Assembly: GCF_006345805.1 (NCBI RefSeq)
Contig: NC_042999.1
Coordinates: 174,359,282-174,423,281 of the forward strand
Source of the DNA: Octopus sinensis
Lineage: Eukaryota
Direction of reading: 5' to 3'
DNA length: 64,000 nucleotides
The notes below the pieces were generated by a model, which searched no databases, had not been told where the DNA came from, and worked only from the letters and a program-made list of their open reading frames with translations. Each line of letters begins with the position of its first letter. Within the stretch, counting starts at the first letter, position 1. Positions 53,483 to 64,000 of this stretch are shown here, piece after piece. Made by a program: the position numbers and the translations under genes.

Positions 53483-54331
53483 CGAGGTCGTATCAAAACG
53501 TTCCGGGGTTAGTTAAGAAATAACTTATTCACCTAAGTTTTAACATCATCACCTTCGAAATAGTCCCTTTGTGCAGCTATACGCCGGTCTCAGCGTTCCT
53601 GCCACTTTTGAAATCCAAGCGAGTCGAGAACCTTCTGCTATTTTCTCTGGATCTCGTCAACGGTGTTAAAACGGCGACCTTTGAGCTGCATTTTCATCTT
53701 GGAGAAGAGATGGGAGTCTGCAGGTGCTAAATCTGGTGAATGGGGCGGATGCGGAAACGATACCATGTTGTTTTGGGTGAGAAAGTCACGAGTGAAGAGA
53801 GCTCAGTGACAGGGTGCATTGACGTCGTGAGGAATCCAATTATTCGGGCTCCATAGATCCTGTCGCTTTTGCCGAATGTCCTCCATCAAACGCTTCAAAA
53901 CGTCGTTGATTGTCCTCCGACGATCCTCAGGCACAAGCTGATGAACTTTCTCCACATCTCCGTGAATGACGCTCGTGGCAAGTCTTCCAAATCGCTCTTC
54001 GTCTTCCGCTTTTGGATTTCTTCCGCTTTTGAAGCACCCGTGACTCTCGAAACATTGCGTACGACTCATTGCCTTGTCATCGTAAGCTTGCCGAAGTATG
54101 CTCAATGTTTCAGTAGCAGATTTGCCAACTTTAACGCAACTTACTGTCCATGACAAAAATACACGTGATCACAAAAACACAAATTTCACAACTTGTGAAG
54201 TAAACACAGCGATGTCACTCGGTACACTGCCTCATGAAGGTCACTGCCAGCTCTCTCTATGCACGCAACCGTGTGCTGCCATCTGTTGGCGCACTACAGA
54301 ACTAGTCCTGGAACATTTTGAAACCATCTCG
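53483..54331 (-). mobile_element. Internally deleted mariner (DD34D) element, 849 bp
   Basis: TA-flanked TIRs tacgaggtcgtatcaaaacgttccggggttagt and actagtcctggaacattttgaaaccatctcgta. The HTH (GKSATETL..AYDDKAMSRTQCF) is fused directly to LKRL..HDVNAPCH and HSPDLAPAD, so the first catalytic Asp region is missing. Confidence 0.9.
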
Positions 54332-54355
54332 TACAATATTACGAAATCTTTTCAG

Positions 54356-54460
54356 CAGTCTCCTGCGATAGCAGCACGGCGGACTGCAACAAGCACATGG
54401 TACTCGATCTCAAGATGCACGTGTACCTTCAGCAGCACGATGTGCCAAACTTTTCGGGAG
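54356..54460 (+). CDS. Candidate internal coding exon of an unidentified host gene (phase 1-1, 105 nt)
   Basis: aatcttttcag| ... GGAG|gtaaac. Reads xVSCDSSTADCNKHMVLDLKMHVYLQQHDVPNFSGx. 57/105 G+C, and 26 of 34 codons end in G/C. No transposon motif recognised. Confidence 0.6.
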
Positions 54461-56151
54461 GTAAACTAGAGACTGTGGACTGTTAAGCTACCTTAACCAT
54501 TTGTTATAGCTCTCTGCAGAAGTGGTGCGAAAGGCACCTAAATAGAGAGATTGGGATGCTAGTCGGCTACATAAGAGTCAAATCATCAGGATTGCGTAAT
54601 TTGTCCTGTAATCTCTATTTGAAAATGAGCAACTGGAAGAAATAGATTTCGACTTAGTATCACAGTATACGGTGTATGGTAAGGGAAATTCTTTCCGAAT
54701 GGAGTATAATTGATCGAATTAACTCATATTACTGACACATATCTAATGAGCTCGGAAATTAAAAAGGTAAATTCAACTTTTGTTAGAACTGAACTTGGAA
54801 CCGAGAGGAACAAAAGTAATTATTAAGAGGAGTTTTGTTCAATGATGTGTTAGCTATTACAATTCACTACTCTTTACCATAGCAGAAATAAAGAATCGTT
54901 AATTCCATTAAGATAAGGTCAGCCGCAGTTATTTGGATTTGGAGCCGAGACGGAGCGTGAATAATTATTTGATTCATCCACTCCAAGAACTTCGACTATT
55001 TCTGCCCACAACTTTGCCCTTTAGTTAATGTACAATATTCACAATTGTCTAAAACAATAGGGTACCGAACTAGCAGCTTGCAACACTATATTTGGTATAA
55101 TGGACATTCACAGACGTGTGAGGTGAAAGTGAAGTGAAAGAACTCAGATTACTGACAGCTTAGAAGTAGTCTGAATTGGTTAACACAAAGAAAGAAACAG
55201 ACAATCAATGAAAACTGCAGCTTGGATTATTTAGCGTGAAGGTCAGCGGAGACAACAAGCATTTTAACTATGAATTTAGAGAAGAAATGGCAATTTAAAT
55301 ATCTCAATAATTATGTTACTTTCAACCTTCCATACTAAATAGAAACGTCTTCTGTATATCAATTATCGTATATTATTTTGAGTAGCGAGTTATATTTTAT
55401 ATCTTCTGACATTAAATCTATTTAGGATTTATGATATGAATCCACAAAATCATACTTAACCCCATACTCTGAACATCACTAGATATCAATATTAATATTA
55501 ATATCATAATGCAATATAGCCCAGATTTATTGTGGCTTTATAGATTTATCACACAGGTTATGAGCTTATATCTTTATTACACCAATATGATTATTAAAAT
55601 TCACCAGGGTAATGGGATATTGCGATGTTCATATCTTTAACGAAGACATTAACAATTATTGAAATCGCGTGTCATCTTGACTTGCACTACTCCAATCGCC
55701 ACCTTGTTTGTAATATCCATGTTTTTACTAAAAGTCACAAATACGTGAAGGGAGGGCTTAGTTTACAGAATCCTCCTTTGTGTATCACTGGCACTTATTT
55801 TTTTTTTTATATCAATCCTGGAAAGGTGAAACTCGATGCCATATGAAGATAAAGAGACAAAAGGAAATACTGAAAAAGAGTTCAATTTCAGATCTCTTAT
55901 CAAATCTGCTACTTTATTGCTCTCCATGTGTTCATATAGTATCTATATTACATAGGCAATAATGCCACAGATTTATAAGGCAAGCGTTTAGTCAACTGAC
56001 ACTGATTAATCCCGGTATATGCATGGTAATTACTTTCTCCAAGTTGACGAAATGAAAAATGACGACAGAAATTGTATCTTGTAATGACAGGCAACAATTT
56101 CCTTTGTACATTACACAACCATTTTACTACGGCGTTGATAATAATTATAAT

Positions 56152-56335
56152 AACGGTTTCAAATTTTGCTACTAGACCAGAAATTTTAGGGGAAGGGGCA
56201 AGTTGATATCATCGAATCCAGTACTTGACTGGTACTTATTATATCAGCCCCGAAAGGCTGAAGAACAAAGTTGACCTCAGCAGCATTTGAACTCAAAACA
56301 TCAGAAGAAATACCGCTAACGATTCTTTCAGCTCG
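56152..56335 (-). mobile_element. SINE family F1
   Basis: gtttcaaatttt..ctggtacttat..cccgaaaggctgaagaacaaagttgacctcagcagcatttgaactca is the reverse complement of the F1 body. Confidence 0.75.
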
Positions 56336-56370
56336 TAATGATAATGATATAACAATAATAATAATAATCA

Positions 56371-57065
56371 ACCTTTTTAGGATGTGTGGCAGCAGAAACG
56401 AAACAATCTCACATATTGTGACTGAGTGTAGCATGCTGACCCAAAAGCACTACAAAAGGAGGCATGATAACGTGCCAATGTGAAAAGTACGGCCTGGACA
56501 GAACACGGAAATGATACGAACATGAACCAGAAGGTGCCACCGAGAGCAAGGAATATAAGATACTGTGGGATATTACAATCCAATATGACTCCCTAAACGA
56601 TGCTCGGAGACCAGATATTGTTGTGGTAGATGAAGGAAAAAAGGAAACCAAGATTATAGATATTGCAATACCTGGGGATGCATGTATAAGTGATAAAGAA
56701 CTTGAAAAGATTGGAAAATACAGACTTCTAAAAGGCGAAATTGCAAAAATGTGGACTATAAGGGAAGTGTCTGTCATTCCAGTAGTTTTAGGGGCACTCG
56801 GAGCACTAACAACCAGGTTGAGAAATATGTCAGAGAAATCGGAATGGACATAAGAGCAGAGCGAGCAAAAGAAAACTGCTCTGCTGGGGACAGCTAGGAT
56901 GTTGAGGTTGGTATTTGGATGTTGAATGTCTCCCAAGATATTTAACAACCAAGTATCAAAGCTTATAGTGTGCAGAGAGACCTTGTGAAACCTCTGACAG
57001 CAGGTTGCTGTCCGTTCTCACAGACTCTATCAGAACAAACAAGACCAAGTGTTCTGAGAAGTATT
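56371..57065 (+). mobile_element. R4/Dong 3' fragment (CCHC finger plus REL), between TAA tracts
   Basis: RMCGSRNETISHIVTEC, RRHDNV, ILWDITIQ, RRPDIVVV, IIDIAIPGD, EKIGKY and TALLGTARML. Confidence 0.9.
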
Positions 57066-57068
57066 ATG

Positions 57069-57126
<58 letters not shown>

Positions 57127-57173
57127 TGATGATGATGATTGATGATGATGATGATGTGATGATGATGATGATG

Positions 57174-57204
<31 letters not shown>

Positions 57205-57285
57205 ATGATGATGATGATGATAATAATAATAATGATAATAATAATAATAATAATAATAATTATTATTATTATATTATTATTATTA

Positions 57286-57323
<38 letters not shown>
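57066..57323. repeat. Compound (TAA)n-(TGA)n-(TAA)n-(TTA)n microsatellite
   Basis: Direct reading. Confidence 0.95.
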
Positions 57324-57325
<2 letters not shown>

Positions 57326-58290
57326 AAGTGTTAACTGCAAACGTAAACAGACTGTATATGAAAAGAAAGGTGGCAGAGGACTAATTAGTATAGACCATTG
57401 TATAAGCAATTCTTCGGAACGTTAGAAGGAGACAATGGGGAAAATGTTGCTCCTGATGCAAATCAAGCCAAGGAGTTCTGGAGCGGGTTATGGGGAAACA
57501 ATAGATGCAATGTGGATAGGAAGCAATGAGAATAGGAACTATCAAGACAGAATTGCAAGGAGGAAAGAAACAAAGGAATATTGTCATAAGTACGAGTGAT
57601 GTGAAAGAACAAGTGGGTAAAGTGCCTAACTAGAAAGCCCCCGGACCAGACGGGGTTCATGGCTTCTGACTGAAGAGATTCCACGCGGTGCTTGAAAGAC
57701 TAGCAGCCAAATGAGTGAGTGTGTCCAGAAAGGTACAGTCCCCACGTGGATGGTGACTGGGAGGACAACACTTGTAATGAAAGATAGAAGAAAAGGGAAT
57801 ATTATGGGAAACTACCATCCCATAGCATACCTAAACATAATCTGGGAACTGCTCACTGGAATATGTGGGGCAAAGTCATACACTTTCCTGGCATACACTA
57901 CCAAGGGAACAAAAAGGATGTAGGAAGAGTTCTCAAAGTACCAAGGATCACCTGGTCATCGATAAAACAGTTTTTAGGCATTGTAAAAAAACATAATACA
58001 AACATGTCTATGGCTTGGATTGACTTTAAGAAGGCATATGATTTGATACCTCATTCTTTAACTGTTGAATGCCTGCAGATTTTGCTGACAACATCACAAA
58101 TTTTGTGATGCATAGCATGAAAGAGTGGAAAACCAAATCGTACTCAAGTAATGCATTCCTTGGAGAAGTTAATATTAAAAGGGGAATCTTCCAATGTGAC
58201 TCGTCTTTCTTCGTTACTTTTTGTAATTGCACCAATACCCATAACAATGATACTTAGGAAAGTTGACAAGGGTTACAATCTTGATTTTTC
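57324..58290 (+). mobile_element. R4/Dong RT N-half fragment, decayed and rearranged
   Basis: A short RLYMKRKGGRGLISI (thumb) piece precedes [47 protein letters not shown] and GIFQCDS. Confidence 0.8.
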
Positions 58291-58496
58291 CCCGCCTAAA
58301 CGTGAATGTTCGTGATCCCCTTAAACAGTTTTATGCATTCCCTGTCATTCTATGTGGCTAGCCAGAATCTGGATTATTATACCTGCCTGGCTTCTAAATC
58401 CCTATTCTTTTATGTTGTACATACATACATACATACATACATACATACATACATACATACATACATACATACATACATACATACATACATACATAC

Positions 58497-58930
58497 CGGA
58501 GTGGCTGTGTGGGTAAGAAGCTTGCTTCCTGACCACATGGTTCTGGGTTCAGTCCCACTGCGAGACACCTAGGGCAAGTGTCTTCTACTATAGCCTCGGG
58601 CCGACCAAAACCATGTGAGTGGATTTGGTAGACGGAAACTGAAAGAAACCCGTCATATATGTGTATATGCGCGTGTGTGTGTATGTATGTTACATGTGTG
58701 TGTGCATGTGTGTATGTTTGTGTCTGTGTTTGTCCTCCACCACCGTTTGACAACCGGTGTTGGTGTGTTTATGTGCCTGTAACTTAGAGGTTCGGCAAAA
58801 GAAACCGATAGTATAAGTACCAGGCTTAGCAAAAAATATTAAGTTCTGGGATCGATTCATTCGACTAAAATTCTTCAAGGTCGTACCCCACCATGGCCAC
58901 AGTCTAATGACTGAATCAAGTAAAAGAATA
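58497..58930 (+). mobile_element. tRNA-derived SINE, family F3, full length with internal microsatellite
   Basis: ggagtggctgtgtgggtaag (A box), gggttcagtccc (B box), gggcaagtgtcttc (CORE-like), internal (TG)n, and tail catggccacagtctaatgactgaatcaag. Confidence 0.9.
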
Positions 58931-58935
58931 CATAC

Positions 58936-59014
<79 letters not shown>

Positions 59015-59274
59015 TGTGTGTCTGTGTGTCTGTGTGTCTGTGTGTGTGTGTCTGTGTCTGTGTCTGTGTTAAATAAAATGAGACAACAAAGCCAAGGCTG
59101 TGTGGAATTTTGAGGACATTTATAAAGAGAAAGTTAGTCTTACAACTGTTTCAGAGATATTAGGGATATCCCTTCATCAAAGAAGACGTGTGATGATTAA
59201 ATAGAGGGAAATATTAGAGTTCAGTAGTTATTTTGGAAAAGGAAGAAAATAAGGATTATATAGGGAAATAGGAG

Positions 59275-59498
59275 AATGATTGTGGAAATAAAAACAAAAG
59301 CGTATAAAAATGTTATAGTTGCAGTCCATTATTCAAGAAAAGTGGTGTGTAGAAGTGGTAGAAATGCTCCATGTCCGTGGTATGTAAATGATTGTGGAAA
59401 TAAAAACAAAAGCGTATAAAAATGTTATAGTTGCAGTCCATTATTCAAGAAAAGTGGTGTGTAGAAGTGGTAGAAATGCTCCATGTCCGTGGTATGTA
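59275..59498. repeat. Perfect 112-bp tandem duplication
   Basis: 59275-59386 is identical to 59387-59498, with aat microhomology at the junction. Confidence 0.95.
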
Positions 59499-59760
59499 AA
59501 TTCCAATAGCAGTTCACATTTTGTCATCACACTTGGAAAGTGTGAAGACGTAGATTCTATGTGCTCTTCATTCAAAGGGGTCTTGTGGTGTGAATGAAAA
59601 TTTGAGAATGTATTGGTAGTATTAAAGACCCGCATTAGACTCCTCACTAGTATCAATATCGAGCCGAGAGTTTAACTACGGTCCTTCCATAGCACTTACA
59701 TGGCGTTACCTGTCACCTTGAGGTCTTCTGAATACCAATACCTCTCATATATATATATAT

Positions 59761-59791
<31 letters not shown>

Positions 59792-61074
59792 GATATATAT
59801 ATATATATATATAACACACAGACTCACACTCATACCTCAACTTCTCTTCCTCCCACCCAAACACACACCAAGCTTTCCATCCCTATTCCCAATTCCTCCG
59901 TCTACGTAGGCTCTGTAGTGACGACCATGACTTTGAGACAGTCTCAACGTATGGCTCACCACTTTCACCCTACGTGGATACCCCTCACCACTATCCACAC
60001 CGCCAGAGCACGGTCCGTGGACCGTGTATCTGCTCTCTCTCCCCGAACCCGCCCTGTAGTCTCCCGCCTCCTTTTCCCCTCACTTACCACCCCCGACCCT
60101 ACGTCTCCAACGCACCATTCTTCGAGCTTTCCGTCATCTCCAGTCCGACCCGTCCACTTCACATCTCTTCCCTAACCGACCCCTCCCCTCTTTCAAACGA
60201 GCCCACAACCTTCGAGACCTTTTGGTCCATAGCTCCTCCCTGACCCTACCTCCCAACCCGGCTCGTTCCCCTGCTCCCGCCCACGTTGCCGCACTTGCCC
60301 TTACCTCTCCAACACCACCCGCCTCACTAGCACCCACCATCGACCTATATCACATCATCACTCCTTCACTGCACCTCCAGCAATATTATCTATTGCATCT
60401 CTTGCTCTCTCTGCAATTCCTTGTACATCGGACAAAGGGACGCCGCTTGGGCTGACCGGTTCGCGAGAACACCTTCGTGACATCCACCTTGCGAACGACA
60501 CACCGGTCTCACGCCATTTCTGCTCCACCGGTCACTCCTTGCAAACACCTATCTGTGTTCGGTTTGTCCTTACACAGAGGCCATCCGGATCCCGTTTGCG
60601 CCGTGAACAGGAATTAATCTTCTCTCTTCGCTCTTATACGCCATTTGGTCTCAACTCTCCCCCCCTCCTCATCTACCCCCCTCTCCCCCCCTCCTCACCT
60701 CTATCCCTTCCGCACCACCCCCCCGACTCCCTACTTCTTCAGTCCTTCATCCTGTCACTCCTACTCCCCTTCCCTTCTCCCTCTTTCTCCCCCCCTCCTT
60801 CCCTCTTCCCCTTCCCTCTGCTCCCTCACTCCCTCACTCCCCTTCTCTCTCCCTCTCCATCTTCCTCCTTCCTCCCCCCCTCCTCCCCTTCCTCCTCCCC
60901 CTCCTCTCTCTCCCCCCCTCCTCTCCCTCCCCCCTCTCCTCCCCTCTTCTTCCCCTCTCCTTCTCCCCTCTTCTCCCCCTCCCCTCTTCTCCTCACTACA
61001 CCACACGACTTTACACATCACATCATATATGATGTGCCATACTAATACAACACCCAACTAATACTAATACTAAA

Positions 61075-61370
61075 TACATACTAATACATACACCAACCCT
61101 ATACATACACACGTCCAGACCCCTCATACGCATTTATACTCTCTCATACACACACCACACACACTTAACATACTAATACGTACTAATACATACTAATACA
61201 TACTAACATACACCAACCCCTACATACGCACGTCCAGACCAATCCTACGCACTAATACTCTCTCATACACACACACACACACACACCCTTATACATACTA
61301 ATACATACTAATACATACACCAACCCTATACATACACACGTCCAGACCCCTCTCCTACGCACTAATAGCT
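61075..61370 (+). repeat. Three imperfect 108-119-bp units in the PLE 3' region
   Basis: Anchor acgtccagac at 61111, 61230 and 61338, each preceded by (catactaata)n-caccaaccc. Confidence 0.85.
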
Positions 61371-61537
61371 GGTCCTTCAACCCAATTATCAACCTATTAT
61401 CTCCCCTTATTTCGCTCTCGCGTCTCATGTTTGATCTTTGACCTCTGGCCGAAATCAGATCGCCATGTTGATTCGTTAGTTACTGCACGCATTTTTTTTC
61501 TCTCTTTCTTTCTGTGTTTTTTTTTTCTCTCTGTGTA

Positions 61538-61575
61538 TCTTTCTGTTGAAGAGCGTAGGCTCGAAACGTTAAAGA
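61538..61575 (+). ncRNA. Minimal type I hammerhead-like motif with variant core in the PLE pLTR
   Basis: UCUUU-CUGUUGA-A-GAGC(GUAG)GCUC-GAA-ACGU-U-AAAGA. 5-bp stem I, 4-bp stem II, palindromic ACGU. Confidence 0.6.
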
Positions 61576-61673
61576 CTTGTTTTATTTATATTTCCTGAGC
61601 GCCATACTAATACAATTGTTCGTTTGTTTTCCACCTGCCTTCGTCTTTTGTCTATTTTCATAAAGCTTCCCGT

Positions 61674-61723
<50 letters not shown>

Positions 61724-61892
61724 TATATATATATTGATATTATACAATTATATATATATATGAGAGGTATTGGTATATAATCACTCTGGTCAGCTGTTCA
61801 TCAGTCGGAGAAAAAACACACTCTAGAGGAAATTTGGAGCAATTATAAGTAGACGAGCAGTTGAGTAGTATATCCTTGGTTAAGGTATATTA

Positions 61893-61971
61893 CCGGTTAC
61901 AAAGTGACCAATGGTTTCACGTCTACTATTGCACTTGGCAATATAGGCGACTCATCAGACCTGCTAACCGG
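61893..61971 (-). ncRNA. Type I hammerhead ribozyme motif with GUC cleavage triplet
   Basis: CCGGUUAGCAGGU-CUGAUGA-GUCGCCUAUAUUGC(CAAGU)GCAAUAGUAGAC-GU-GAA-ACC(AUU)GGU-C-ACUUUGUAACCGG. Stem I pairs 11 of 13 positions with a 2x2 internal loop. Confidence 0.75.
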
Positions 61972-62095
61972 AAGCACACAGCTTCTTTACTCATGGAGGT
62001 AAAAATAGTCATGGTTAGTGTAGCGGAACCAAAATAAACAATCTGAAAAATTCCTGCTATAATTTTACCTCCATTACTAAAGAGGCTACGTGTCT

Positions 62096-62174
62096 TCCGC
62101 CAGTAGCTCTGATGAATTGCCTATATTGCCAATTGCAACAGTAAACTTGAAACCAATGGTAACTTTCAGATCGG
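62096..62174 (+). ncRNA. Second, more decayed hammerhead copy in inverted orientation
   Basis: CUGAUGA(62109-62115)-AUUGCCUAUAUUGC(CAAUU)GCAACAGUAAAC-UU-GAA-ACC(AAU)GGU-A-ACUUUCAGAUCGG. Aligns without gaps to the minus-strand copy through the core. Confidence 0.6.
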
Positions 62175-63299
62175 TTATATGCCATATAATCTATATATAT
62201 TATAATTATCTTATACTATATGTATATATAGTGTGTGTGTATCTGGAGGTGAGTATATATGTGTATATATTGACTATAAATTTGGTGATGGTGAGGTACA
62301 AAACTAACTGTTTCATCTTTAGAGATTCAAGGCAACTCATTTTAGACTAACATATGTATAATGACCATTTCCTACTTTTAATCTGTCATACAAACTGAGA
62401 AATCTGTTCAGTTTCTTAGATCAGTGATATTCTAATGGCAGTCGTGAAATTAATTAAAGAATCTAAAGCTATAATTGAATTACGCAAACATCGCCGACCT
62501 AACATGAAATAAACGCATTATAGTTATACAAGTGCATTAGCAAGAATTAAACTGGTTTTGTCAAAACTATATTGTGTTTTTCACCTGGTACCACTCAGTC
62601 TACAACACTGAACATGACACGTCAGCTCTGTTTAGAGCTTCTTGACATACGATTGTTTAATAAAGTCGGCTATTCATTTTCTTCTTTTTTCATTTTTTCT
62701 TTCTTTTGTTTCTAAGATTTTCACATTCTTTTTTTTTTTTTTTGTAACCAGTATTCATTGGTTTCACAACTTCTTCAGTATTGCATTCGTATTAAAGACA
62801 CTTAAATCTCAAAGGCCTTGTTCAACTTAAAGAAAATGGGTAACACGAAATAGTGTAGATTACCTTCGTAAGCACAGCATGCTCACGAGTGTTTCATTAG
62901 TATTCAGAGCCGATTTCAACTCCATCTGTCTATAGATTTTGAAAAGGTGATATTCTATATATAAGTTTACATTTAAACAAAGTTCCCAGCGCAGATATAA
63001 AGAGTGGTTGAAAGAAAACAGCTAACACAGCATTTAGCGGGGCTTGAACTCATACTTCATTGTTGACTCACCGGTGTAATAACTGTATACATAAAAACAA
63101 AGTATTCAGCTGTGCTCCATGGTGGATAGAATATATTTTCTAAGGACTAACGTTGATTAATTGCATTTGGCCAAATATGTAAGTGCTTTGAATATGTGTG
63201 TGCACATCTTAGTTTGTTTTTTTTTTTTTAGCATCCCTTCTATATGGGCTGTGAATGTTGTAGAGATATTGTATGCAATTCCTAGCATTTTTATCTTTT

Positions 63300-64000
63300 G
63301 TACTTACAATATGCTCACGTCGTTAAGTGTAATAATTAGTTGTAATTGATGTGTTCTAGAGTTGCTCGAAGTAAAAGGAATGGTGGAATAATAGGTGATA
63401 CTATAAGCCTCTTATTATAGTTTAAGGACAGGTTTTCCAAGTAGGGTTGAAGAAATTGCGCAGTTTCATCTGTGAAATGATATGCTGTAATTGCGATGTT
63501 ATTTGTAAGTAAGGCGTCAATATATATTGACGAGATGTGAGAGGATCATATAAGGTTAAAGAGAGTTGATAAGATGCTAGATCTTTGAAGTACTCTATTC
63601 GAGAAACTGCAAATTCTAGATGTTGAATATTATATAGGCTTCTTAACTTTAGATGTAGTTTGTTTATCGATGTTTGGTGATTTTGGTGTTGCTATTGCAA
63701 TTGTTGTTTGACCCCAGATAATCTTGATCGAGCAGAATTATGTTCAAAATCGTATCAGCTCTGAACATGTAGAAATACTTTATTTATATAAAAATATGAC
63801 TTAATATGTTTTCTATTTATAAGATAGTAGAATGTTCTTTGAGAAGACTTTCATGCTATTTCTAACAGATTAAGTGGCTATATAATAGCTTCTTTCCCGA
63901 AGATTTAATATAAGTGGGTAACAAAAATTCATTGATGTTTTTGGTACTTAGAAAGGTGCATAATGGGGTTATTTATTGTTGAAGGCGTTGTGTATTTTTA
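63300..64000 (-). mobile_element. Possible heavily decayed Penelope-like fragment
   Basis: The minus strand near 63740-63800 loosely resembles SIPYSQ.LR..CS.D.DFE. No intact motif. Confidence 0.25.

Larger units (their letters stand above)
59815..61680 (+). mobile_element. Penelope-like element, 5' truncated: RT thumb, GIY-YIG endonuclease, 3' UTR/pLTR
   Basis: Frameshifted SYLNFSSSHP..SQFLRLRRLCSDDHDFE, ARARSVDRVSAL, LTYHP, NIIYCISCSLCNSLYIGQ (60382-60435), REHLRDI, VSRHF..GH and REQELIFSLRSYTPFGLN. Inserted in (TA)n. Confidence 0.9.

Noticed and set aside
58497-58570. tRNA-like A/B boxes here and at 1522, 6850-6912 and 41445
   Set aside because: No full cloverleaf; each continues into a SINE body and tail.
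59275-59498. Direct repeats as a possible CRISPR array (also 61075-61370)
   Set aside because: The units are contiguous tandem copies without unique spacers, there are no cas genes, and the context is eukaryotic.
59100-59730. Second, older minus-strand Penelope fragment (..LLLEFTYH..)
   Set aside because: Similarity to PLE thumb/linker is too weak to support without an HMM search.

Overview
AT-rich, repeat-saturated animal genomic DNA, most consistent with an octopus or other coleoid cephalopod. That assignment is inferred from the SINE families, the microsatellite load and the R4/Dong, RTE, CR1, Tx1 and Penelope-like retroelements; no database search was run. Most long ORFs in the track are microsatellite artefacts or decayed transposon ORFs. 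Supported content: about ten R4/Dong-type (RT plus restriction-like endonuclease) fragments, mostly stacked in (TAA)n tracts; a Tx1/L1-like chimera; two IR/DR Tc1 elements; a deleted mariner and two MITEs; a hAT fossil; a non-autonomous Helitron; a near full-length fossil RTE; two CR1 3' ends; three tRNA-derived SINE families; and a Penelope-like element with a GIY-YIG endonuclease. Only one convincing host exon was found (54356-54460, +). The most interesting signal is RNA structure. There are four hammerhead-ribozyme-like motifs from three unrelated families, including a head-to-head inverted pair (61893-61971 minus, 62096-62174 plus) that shares a non-canonical 2-nt insertion before the GAAA core. 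Also notable are a 556-bp non-coding TAA-flanked element that may be mobilised by Dong, two SINE/LINE tail pairings, and a 112-bp CpG-rich insert that looks foreign. No CRISPR array, rRNA or true tRNA gene is present.
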